Source: Eledone cirrhosa (taxonomy: Eukaryota). From it: a DNA stretch of 64,000 nucleotides. The DNA lies in assembly GCA_964016885.1 (NCBI GenBank), contig OZ024740.1, forward strand, positions 418,624,001 through 418,688,000. Reading direction: 5' to 3'. Position numbers and translations under genes: made by a program. The notes under the pieces were generated by a model. It ran no database searches. It was given only the letters and a program-made list of their open reading frames with translations, and had not been told where the DNA came from. Below, piece by piece: positions 51,373 to 62,329 of this stretch. Position 1 is the first letter of the stretch. Each line of letters starts with the position of its first letter.

Positions 51373-51750
51373 ATATGATCAACTAACTCATTTAAGGCAG
51401 TGCTCCAGTATGGCAACAGTCTCTAACAACTCAGCCAATTTGCAATCCAAGGATTAAGGATTTAATACACATGAGACAATTTTACAAAGGTAGGCTGAAA
51501 AGCTCATAGGCTGACCAAGATACTCTCATGGAATGACCAAATGAGGTTGATATTTCAACATACTTCCTGGAAAGAAACAAAGCAGTTATTAATAATAAGA
51601 GTTGAACTTAATGCATGCAAGATTTCACAGCTCTGGCATCACTCCTTCATAGTCAGCCTATGAACTCTTCCACTGATCTTCTTTCACCATTTTCTTTTTA
51701 CATTTGAAGAAAAGAAGACATCATTTTATGAAACAAAGATAAATACTCAC

Positions 51751-51820
51751 CAATTTGATCTTTCTCAAATGGTTCTTCAAGCTCTTTGAAATTTGCTAAA
51801 ATCCGTATATCTGTACAGAT
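51751..51820 (-). CDS. ADSL: ADSL exon 8
   Basis: 70 bp, [23 protein letters not shown](G). Confidence 0.97.
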
Positions 51821-52935
51821 CTATAAATAGAAGAAGCATGGGGTTATCAAAAACATACATAAAATATAGATGAAGATATGTAAAATATAATTGTATATAT
51901 ATATATAAACATTTAAGTGTCAAGTGAGTTAAAATATTTAGAAAATCTCAAATGTAGGGAAATAACTGAGAACAGCTTTAGAAAATCCAGCAAAATACCC
52001 ATCATCATCATCATTTTACGTCCACTTTTCCCTTCTTGCAAGGGTGGGACGGGAACTGATTCTGGCTTGATTTCTACAGCTGGATGCCCTTCCTAACACC
52101 AACCTCATTTACAGTGAGTGCTGGGTGCTTTTTGCCGTGGCACCTACACGACCACTTTGCAGTGGAATGATAGGGACCCCAGTCCCTATCATCTCATTTC
52201 TACAGCTGAGTAAACTGGAGCAATGTGAAATAAAGTGTCTTGCTCAAGGAAACAACACATCACCTGGTCTGAGAATTGAACTCACAACCTTTCGATTGCA
52301 AGGCCAATGCTCTAACCACTAAGCCAAATAGATGGAAAACGTGGCCAGCAGCTGCTACATAGAATCAAACTCCGTACCTCTCACATTCTGGTTGAATACT
52401 CTGTACTATTAAGATAAAAGACACCTGACAACAGTGACTGTCTTAAATAATATTAAATATCAACTTTTCAATGTGACAACATTTTGGAAATAAACATTGA
52501 AGTAAATTGAGTTAAAATGTTGAGAATCATAGGAAAATGGCTATGAACCAGGCCACTTTTTCCAGCTATAGGAATATTTTACCCAATTTTCTGAAGCTGT
52601 ATTCAGATATTTTCTTGTGCTTGAGATTTTCTACTTTTCTAAATATATATATTGTAAGGCTTGGTGTGGCCAACTGGCCTGACCTCCCTCATAGTAGAAC
52701 CATCAGGCACCCAAACTATGGTTCCGATGTAAGCAGGGTATGACATGGCCAACTGGCAGACCCTCCTCATAACGGTGCCATCCAGTTCCACACTATAAAT
52801 GTGGTTGGTGTTAGGAAGGGCATCCAGCTGTAAAAAAATACAGCTAAAATCAGTTCTGTCTGAGCAAAGTACGACAAGGCCAACTAGCCAGACTTGTCTT
52901 ATGACATGGGCGACCCATTTAAATATATATATATA

Positions 52936-54408
52936 TATAGTAATAATAATAAATTTGAAGACTAAAATCCAAAGAGGGCTCAATAAGGATAAATATATAT
53001 CAAATATATAAGAACCGTAGAGCAAATATTTATTAAAATAACGGATTAAAGTTTAAGCAAAGAATCGCTGCTTTCACCCTTAACGGGATCTTCTGAAACT
53101 AACAAAGTCAATCTGTGAACGCAGAAGTGAATATTTCAAAAAACGTTGCAACCGGAGGAAGACAGGAAGACGATACTTTGGTTCGTGGAAACGTTCCCTG
53201 GCAAAGAATGGGAAAAAACGAATATAATACGTCATTAATAGGAGCGATGAAAAACAATTACACGCAAAGACAAAACCATGTTTATGGTATAAAAGAAGTC
53301 GTAGACTAATATTCTATTAGGTGGTTCATAGAGACGTTCTCTGGCAATGAACGGAAAAAACGAAGATAATACGTCATATGTGGAACGTGGAGAACAATTG
53401 CACGCAAAGACAAAACCACGTAAATGGTATAACTGAAGTCGTAGACTAAAATTTTAACTAGGAAACCGAATGATTCTCGGCTTCAGAGTTAAGAATAAAG
53501 TAAATAAAATACAGAGGTAATTGAAATTAAATTAATACATACACGCATCCATATACGTACATACACAAGCATATGCGAAAACACTTGCCATAGGTATACA
53601 AATACACTCACATATAAATATGTGTGTGTGTGTGCATGTATACAAATAATTACATAAACGTATATAAATAAATAAATACGTATACAACAAGCGCACACAC
53701 ATACCTACATGTAAATACACATATGTTCGGCGACGTACATCAACCAAAACACGAAGTACACATATACACACCCAACATACGTACGAACGCGCATACTCAC
53801 ACAGACGCAAAACTCACGTATACACATAACCAAAAGCATATGTACCAGAATATATAAAATATACGCCATAACATATACAATCAAATATACGTACAAGAAA
53901 GTATACGTACCTTCACAAAACATACCTCTGTATTTTATTTACTTTATTCTTAACTCTGAAGCCGAGAATCATTCGGTTTCCTAGTTAGAATTTTAGTCTA
54001 CGACTTCAGTTATACCATTTACGTGGTTTTGTCTTTGCGTGCAATTGTTCTCCACGCTCCACATATGACGTATTATCTTCGTTTTTTCCGTTGATTACCA
54101 GAGAATGTCTCTATGAACCACCTAATAGAATATTAGTCTACGACTTCTTTTATACCATAAACGTGGTTTTGTCTTTGCGTGTAATTGTTTTTCACCACTC
54201 CAAATAATGACGTATTATATTCGTTTTTTCCCGTTCTTTGCCAGGGAACGTTTCCACGAACCAAAGTATCGTCTTCCTGTCTTCCTCCGGTTGCAACGTT
54301 TTTTGAAATATTCACTTCTGCGTTCACAGATTGACTTTGTTAGTTTCAGAAGATCCCATTAAGGGTGAAAGCAGCAATTCTTTGCTTAAACTTTAATCTG
54401 TTATTTTA

Positions 54409-54409
<1 letters not shown>
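52936..54409. mobile_element. Non-coding element with about 490-bp inverted arms, probably a truncated Penelope-type pLTR plus inverted pLTR
   Basis: Arms about 53033-53519 and 53923-54409. Each arm has an internal duplication of about 140 bp and an outer hammerhead-like motif. Flanked by (TA)n and (GA)n. The same family occurs at 58019-58251. Confidence 0.7.
54327..54400 (+). ncRNA. Hammerhead-like fold with variant core CAGAAGA (mirror copy at 53041-53115, minus strand)
   Basis: Helix I AGTTT/AAACT plus CAGATTGA/TTAATCTG; helix II CCC/GGG; GAAA at 54367-54370; helix III AGCA/TGCT; triplet CTT. Confidence 0.5.
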
Positions 54410-54449
<40 letters not shown>

Positions 54450-54487
54450 CAGAGAGAGAGAGAGAGAGGGAGAGAGGGAGAGAGGGA

Positions 54488-54519
<32 letters not shown>

Positions 54520-54537
54520 AAATACCCCAAATTTTAC

Positions 54538-54628
54538 TTTATGAATGGTAGCTCCTAAACTTGCTAAGCTTGTTAAAGAGTCGATGTCCACCTTTCTGCT
54601 GTAGGTTTGACTACAAATTAGGTAATGC
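54538..54628 (-). CDS. ADSL: ADSL exon 7
   Basis: 91 bp, (R)HYLICSQTYSRKVDIDSLTSLASLGATIHK. Confidence 0.96.
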
Positions 54629-54675
54629 CTGTAAAATACATGGAAGTGATATTGACAAAATATTTTATGATAAAA

Positions 54676-57600
54676 AATAATAATAATGAAATATTGTGTA
54701 CAGTGCTCAGGTGCACTACAACTCATCGAAAATTGTATGTATAGTCCATAGGGTAATGTACAAACGTCAGGAAAATGAACAGTGCATGTGTATGGAAGGG
54801 GTACATCAGGTGTAGTTTTGGCGTATTTCGGGAAGCACAAGGGTTTTAAAGGATGCAGCGTCTCGGCAGCTAACAACTGACGCAGGCAGTTTGTTCCATG
54901 CATCAGCAACTCTGAGCGTGAAAAAATGTTTCCGAAAGTCATGGGAGCTGTGCTGTTTTCTGATTTTGTAGGCATGCCCACGTGTGTTAGACACATGGAG
55001 ATCAAAAAGGTGCTCAGGGTTGTTGTTGGCGAGATGGTTAATAACTTTGTGGGTGTTTACCAAGTCCATTGCCAGATGTCGGAGCTTCAATGAATCCATG
55101 CCCAGGGAAGCAAGGCATTCAGAGTATGGTAGGTGTCTGATGGAGGGTATGCGCTTGGTTGCACGTCTCTGAACAGTTTTCAGGAGATCAATGTTCTGAG
55201 CAAGATAGGGGTTCCAGACTGATGATGCGAATTCCAAGTGTGGTCGTATCATAGCTGTATACAGCTTTAAATAGATGGCTGGAGAGCGGCTAACAAAGGT
55301 CTTGCTGAGTGATGCCAAGACACCCTCGGCCTTCTTGACAATTTTAGAGACATGCTTTGTCCAACGCAAATTGCTGCTGACAGTATTATCCAGGTCACAT
55401 TCACAAGAGGACTTCTTGATATCAGTGTTGTGGAGGGAGTAGATGGGCTCTGGATTTTTCCTCCCAAAATGCATGGTGGTACACTTGTCCACAGCCAGCT
55501 TCAGTTGCCAGTCTGTGATCCATTGCTGCATTGTGTCCAGGTCTGATTGTAGGAAAGAGTTGTAGATTTCAGGATCAGTCCTTTTGATTTCAAGGTACAG
55601 CTTGATGTCATCTGCATATTTCAGTACCGTGGCATTCTTTAAGTTGGCATCTATGTCATTAATATATGCCACAAACAAAAGGGGACCAAGAACAGATCCC
55701 TGTGATACACCAGATGACATCTCATATGGTGAAGAATGCTGTCCTAGAACCGTGACTACTTCCTTTCGGCTGAGAATGAAGGATTTCAGCCAGTTAAAAA
55801 GACCATCACTAAATCCCATTGCAGAGAGTTTTGCCATAAGTCTTTTGCGTGGCACAGAATTAAAAACCTTAGCGAAGTCAAGGTAAACAACATCCACCCA
55901 TGAGCCGCTGTCAGTGATCCGGGTAATGTCTTCAAGGAACTCGATAAGCTGATCACAGCAGCTGGAGTTAGGGATAAATCCAAACTGCGAGGGCCGGATG
56001 AGGCTGTGAGAGCTCCAGAAGTTCCAAAGTGTTTCTCTGACACAGGATTCCATCAGTTTGGCAATACAGCTAGTAAGACTGACTGGATGATAGTTGACAG
56101 GTGACGTGCGGTCACCCTTTTTGAACAAGGGAATGACACTGGCAGTTTTCCACTGCTCTGGAGTAGCACCATTGTTGAGACAGTATTGAAAGCTGGTGTA
56201 AAAGGAAGTACCCGCCACGTTTGAGAAGCAGGTATGTCACACCATCAAGACCAGGGGAGGCATAGTTGCGCTTATTCTTAAGGTGACGTTGCAACATTGC
56301 AGGTGTAAATTCCATAGTTGTTATGGAATTTGATGTTAGAGATGGTGGAGATGGTACATTCTGGTTTTCAACAGTAAAAATGCTTGCATAACACTCAGCA
56401 ATGAATTCTGCGCATTCTTTGGGATCGTCAGTGATCTGGCTTGTGTGGGGATTGCGAAGAGGACCAACTGGAGAGTGAGGTCTTTGCTTTGAATGAACTT
56501 ATTTCCAGAACACCTTACTGTCAGGATTAGTTGCACTGTTCAAATTCAAGCACTGCCTTTTTTGTCACTTGCTTAAGATGGTTGGAAGATTTATTCCGCT
56601 TTTTTCTGTTGGCATCTGATTTATGCAGTTTATATTCCCGTTCAGCATTCCGATGTTCTTTCCTGGCAAGTCGGACCGCTGAAGTTTCCCAAATTGCACT
56701 TTTGGGGTGGGTTTTTTTCTGCACATGCTATCCATATTGAGTCCAGGATGCTCTGGAGTATAGTGTTCACATCTCCAGAGTTATAGAACTCATGCCAGGT
56801 TGGGCGCTGTAGCTCAGTGCAGTACAAGTTCCAATCTGCTTTCTTCCAATCAAAGCAAGCAGATTGGAGATGGTTCTGGTTTTTGTTGCTGCCCGCAAGA
56901 GCCAGATTGGCAATGATCATAGCATGATCAGAGTCGCCTAGAGGTTCCTCAGTAGTACAACTGATAACCACTTCAGGAGTAGTGGTGAAGATCAGGTCCA
57001 AAGTGTTGTCACCTCTTGTTGGAGAGGTGACTACTTGTGATCAGTTTGAGTCCAGCACTAGCTCAAGGAAATCGTTTGCACTTTGTGGCCAACGAAAGGT
57101 TTCCCAATCGATCTCAGGATGATTGAAGTCACCTGCAATAAACACATAAGTGGCTGTTTTCCTGGCAGCAGCTCTGAGGATATCGCAAAGCTGTGTGTCC
57201 TGATGGTAGTTTGGGTGGCGATAACCAACACCAAGCAGAAGTGTTGACATGGTCATACGTATGTCACAAAAAAAAAACAACTTCTTGTGATTCGTTCAAA
57301 TCAACGCAAGGAATTACCGAAAAGTTTGAACGAACATAGACCATCACACCACCACCACGGCGATTAATGCGGTCCTTGCGGAACAGGTTGTACCCAGTAA
57401 TGCTGAAAACCCCATCACAGAGTAAGGAATATGCCCATGTTTCCGTGACTGTGATGAAGTCAGGGTCGATGCTTCTGACGTAGGAGTTAAACAGATGTAT
57501 CTTGTTGCATAAACTGCGAGCATTTAAGGACAATTTGAACCCTGCTTACAGTTTATGATGGTGTGTAGAGGATGGCAGGTTGTTCTGGTTTAGTTTCCCA
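54676..57600 (-). mobile_element. CR1-clade LINE, ORF2 (APE plus RT) with frameshifts and (ATT)n tail
   Basis: APE motifs SLNARSL, VTETW, GDFNHPEIDW, DLIFT, SDHAMI. RT motifs QFGF, VYLDFAK, GVSQGSVLGP, YADDIK. CR1-type C-terminus TRGH...FFTLRVADAWNKLP. Confidence 0.92.
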
Positions 57601-57891
57601 GAGTTGTTGCAGTTTTGCATTTATGCCATTTATTACAGTAAACAATTCTAACTACAGCCACACACATCATCTTCTTCATCATTTAATGCCTGTTTTCCAT
57701 ATTTTACATCCATATATATAGAAACACACAAACGTATATATATAGTCTTGAGAGACTAAACTCTTGAAGGCAGTACTCTAGCAAGGCAGCAGTTCAGTGA
57801 CTGAAACCAGTTCCACAAGAGATCAATTGAACCATTTTGGAAAGGTTAATAATTTCCTGAAAATAAACAAGTTTTCAAGTCATTTACATAC

Positions 57892-57938
57892 CTAGAAAAA
57901 CCAGCCATTTCTGTCACCATTTCATCCAGTTTCTCAAC
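57892..57938 (-). CDS. ADSL: ADSL exon 6
   Basis: 47 bp, VEKLDEMVTEMAGFS(R). Confidence 0.95.
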
Positions 57939-57979
57939 CTATAACAAACAGATTATATATAATAGACATAAAAGAGTGA

Positions 57980-58018
<39 letters not shown>

Positions 58019-58021
<3 letters not shown>

Positions 58022-58251
58022 GTAAGACTAATAAATACAAAGATCAAAATTCAGAGAGGACTCAATAAGGTTTGTATATAAGTATATATAAACCTGTAGA
58101 GCAAATATTTATTACTAACACAGGTTAAAAGTTTAAGCAAATAATTTCTGCTTTCACCCTGAGTGTGATCATCTGAGTGTCAGATGATCCTGCTCACGGA
58201 GAAAGAAGAAATTATTTACTTAAACTTTTAATCCGTGCTAATAATAAATAT
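58019..58251. mobile_element. Short member of the 52936-54409 family forming a hairpin (58105-58251)
   Basis: Shares ...GTAGAGCAAATATTTATTA...AAGTTTAAGCAAA...CTGCTTTCACCCT. Inversion centre TCATCTGA-GTG-TCAGATGA. Flanked by (TA)n. Confidence 0.72.
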
Positions 58252-59090
58252 ATATATATAGTTCAAGAATAGACAAGACAAACACAAAATCTTATTAGTT
58301 TCACACTTGTGAAGTAAATGAGGGTTTCAATGTATCAGATATAAGTCCTTCTTCAGCAAATGGAGAGTTCAGAGAGAGAGAAAAGGGTGGAACAACGGAG
58401 TTTGAAAAAAAAAAACTTTAAAGGCTGGGGAGGGTAGGCAAGTAGTCCAGCATGTAGAGGTGAGGGTGGGTGAGGTGTGTCATGATTAATATTACTTTAT
58501 ACATTTTCTAATTTGATTTTTTTTTTTTTTAAAGTTTTTTTTTATATGAAATCGTGTGTTGAAACAGATGTTATATTTAGGGAGGGTCATGTCCTAATGC
58601 TGCCAAAAATAGTATAACACACTCACTGTTTGGTTTGGTTTGGTTTTCACTTCAGTATATTTTTATATTTTGATAAATAATTTAGCTGGCAATCAATGTT
58701 TATCATTGAGTGACCAACAGTTAAAAATAGAATTTCTCAAAGTTCTTTTGTCACACATTTCTGTGGCATATTCAGTGATTATCACTAAGTTTCCTCCCGA
58801 TTTGATGAGCTCCACCTTAGTTGGTAAATGAATGAGGTCTGGGATCTTGTTGAGTGACAATCATTCACATATTCATTAATATTATATAAGGTTTTAGCCA
58901 TATGTTAGTACGTGTATATGTGTGTAAAATAAAATAATAAACATAACTATAACATTGCCAGAATCAGCTTAAGTTTCTTCTGATACTATTCATCAACTGT
59001 TTTAAAATAAATCTTTCAAAACTCAATCATGTATTTGGTTAATTTAATTTAATTTCATACACAAAGAAATATTATGAAATGGAAACTTAC

Positions 59091-59262
59091 TTTTTCTTCA
59101 TCTCCATCAAATAGTTCCAGAAAGCTGGCTTGTGTTCCGGTAGTTCCTTTTACTCCACGGAATCGTAAATCATCTCTGGATCTCTCCATGTTAGTTAGAT
59201 CTTTCAACAAATCTTGAATCCAAAGGCAAGCTCTTTTACCAACTGTGGTCAGCTGAGCAGGT
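59091..59262 (-). CDS. ADSL: ADSL exon 5
   Basis: 172 bp, [18 protein letters not shown]...[24 protein letters not shown]. Confidence 0.97.
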
Positions 59263-59368
59263 CTAGTTTTAAGATCAGAATGGAATAGAGATTAAAATAT
59301 AGTTATGAAGGACAAACTGATCATTAACAAGAAAACCTTATAACACAATCATTATAGGTACACATATA

Positions 59369-59469
59369 CAGGGTGTCCCCCAAAAATGTATACACACTCT
59401 GATTACCTGTGCAGGCAATATTCATTAGAATGGTGTTTAAGTGTGTATACATTTTTTGGGGACACTCTG
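59369..59469. mobile_element. Tc1/mariner MITE (101 bp)
   Basis: TIRs of about 30 bp starting CAGGGTGTCCCC...ATGTATACACACT, with a TA TSD. Confidence 0.87.
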
Positions 59470-60037
59470 TATATCATAGGTAGATATATTATGGCATACA
59501 ATCATTACAGGTACATTTATATAACTAAATATAATAATATATTACTATATATTATGTCACACATATATTATGGCATACATTCATTATAAGTACATCATCA
59601 TCATCATTTTTATGTCTACTTTTCCATGCTTGTATGGGTTGGATGGGTCCTTCTCAGCACAGCATCTCTCCACTTGTCACGTTCCTTTGTCATCTCCTCT
59701 GTCAGTCTGCCAGTCTTAGTGACTTGAGGTTAGCTCTCACAAGACATATATTTATTTTTAGTAGTTTAATGTTTACACTGAATGATTGCCAATAAATTAG
59801 ATAGTCTTAGTTATAGAATCAGAAGTATATAAAACTGAAATAAACACAAATGGAAATCAACAGCATTTTAAGAAGATTTTCTGTGGGGGGGCCCCCATCG
59901 CGTAACATTCCATATTTAGGTATCCAGATTAATGGTTATTAGATATTAAACATTTCATACACTAAATTATTGTAGATTATTTTCTGTATAGAAGCTTTGA
60001 AAGAGATGGTAAATGAATTATATTAATTCATACTCAC

Positions 60038-60117
60038 TGTAGATGTGTGTAACCCAAGCAAGGAAGATATTTGTACTCAACAGCAAAAGATGATAATCTC
60101 TGAATGCAGCGAGCCAG
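60038..60117 (-). CDS. ADSL: ADSL exon 4
   Basis: 80 bp, LARCIQRLSSFAVEYKYLPCLGYTHL(Q), with the catalytic His in THLQ. Confidence 0.96.
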
Positions 60118-60721
60118 CTGAAAGAATTATAAACCCAAGATTGATGAAACAAAAGTAATATTTTGATTGAGATAGATTACTGAAGTTTACATATATAGAT
60201 ATAGTATGTTGTATGTTTATATATAAATATAGTATTGGCCTTAGGTGAGACAGCAAGCACAACTACACACCAACAGTTTCTGTTTCTTATCAAGGTTTGT
60301 AGGTCTTCCTTACCAATTCCAGTGTCTCTTGCTATGGTATCTGAGCTTTTTAAAAGACTTGATTGAAAGTGAATATTCAATTCAAAAGTAAATATTTCAA
60401 GCAGAATCTATTTTTCAGTCACCATATAATAGTTTCTGATTTAGGCCAATAATTTTGAATGAGGGAGGGAGGGAGATCGATTAAATCTATCCTAGTGCAT
60501 TACTGGTACTTTTTTTTTATTGACCCTGTAAGGATGAAGGGCAAAGTTAACCTTGGCGGGATTTGAATTTAGAACATAAAGGGCTGTAACTCTATGCCAC
60601 AGAACAACACCCTACTGATACTGCCAATCTAGCATCTTCTGTAACCATATAACAAAAGATTGAAATATACCAAGTTTCCGGAGAAAGCAAAAATGTTATT
60701 CAATATAAATGACTTTCTTAC

Positions 60722-60766
60722 CTTGGGAAGTAAAATGTTAAAACCATCTTTCAAGACAATAAGATC
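60722..60766 (-). CDS. ADSL: ADSL exon 3
   Basis: 45 bp, DLIVLKDGFNILLPK. Confidence 0.95.
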
Positions 60767-61378
60767 CTGTAAAGTAGAAATTGATTTCAATGACACAGTT
60801 GTGAAATTATTAAAATATAAAATATACAGTTTATACCCAAATATAAGTTGACCCCACTATTTTATGTTTGAAAAATGGGCAAAAATCTAAACCTTATTTA
60901 CGTAGAATTTGAAGTTGATGAAAAAGGTTGAAATATTGACCCAAATATAAGCCGAACACCCCCTCCACCCTGCACTTCTACCATTGGTTCTTTTGGTCAC
61001 ATATTTGGTGTCAGAAAGGACATCCAGCTGTAAAATACCCGGCCAAATTTACAGTCCTTGCTGGAGCAAGGTGCAACATGGCCAACCATAGCCAGACTTG
61101 CCTCCTGGCATGGACAACCTGTCTAACCCATGCAAGCATGGAAGAATTGACGTTAAACAGAAATGATGATGAATGATGATTCCTCAGCTTAGATTCAAGT
61201 ATAACTGGCACTCCTCTTTTTGTTGCTTGGTTTTGTTTTTATCCTTTTTTTTTCTTTTCCTTTCCTATTTCCATCAATATTTGTAATGTTATTTATACAA
61301 CAGTGAATTGATTTATTAAAAATAAAATATCTTATTGATCTAGATAAAAGGCATTAAATTAAAATGTGAAATACATAC

Positions 61379-61582
61379 AGTGTTGTCTCCCACATAGGCT
61401 GATGTAGCTCCTAAATGTATTATTGGTGCAGCTTTAGGACAACAAGAAGCATATGTATGGATATGGGCCATAACATCATGACGGACTCTTTTTTCTTCTT
61501 CAGAAGCTTCAGTGAAATCAATATTATCAAAATTAGATTCTAATTCATTGAGTTGCTCATCACTGATGTCTAAATTGAGAGC
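61379..61582 (-). CDS. ADSL: ADSL exon 2 (exon 1 not found in window)
   Basis: 204 bp, ...[35 protein letters not shown]. Confidence 0.97.
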
Positions 61583-62329
61583 CTGAAACAACAAAACATA
61601 TTTTAAAATAAAATACACATATACTATCTATGTTTGTGTAACTCTGAGGGAATCGTAGGGGTGCTGTATTGGCATATGACGTTTCTAAGGTATTTTAAAA
61701 CCTGGCAGAGCCCATCTCCTCTCCAGGTCTGAACACAGAAGATTTCTTCCAGAGAAGGAGAGTGAGAGAATGGAAGTGAGAAAGAGACATAGAGGAAGAA
61801 TTGACCTCAGTACTAGACTGGTACTTCCTTTATCGAACTTGAAAGGATGAAAGGAAAGTTGACCTTGGGTGGATTTGAGAGCAGAGAGCGGGAATGAGTA
61901 CAGCAAAGCATTCTATCCAACGTTCTAACGAGTCTGACAATATGCTGCCATCAAAATACACATATAGTATTCCATAGATAAATAGTTTTTAGTTGAAAAC
62001 CTTTTCATTCAACACCTTCAGATGATTTACTTTCAGAATGTCGAAACTAAACTCATTCATATCCCGTTAAGTGTTAAGTGGTTGCTTCAGTGCCATGACA
62101 AAAAACACGCAGTCGACACTGTATGGTTGGCATTAGGAAGGGCATCCAGCTGTAGAAACCAAGCCAAAATACAAATCTGTATGAGCAAGACAGTCACCTT
62201 AAACAAATCATAGTACTCTGTTAAAAGCCTTCTCCAGATAAACAAACACTAGTGGCTGACACTTAGCTTGGAACTTTTCATTAGTTGTCTTACTAAGAGA
62301 AGGTCACTTATGGTACTTCATTAGCTGTT

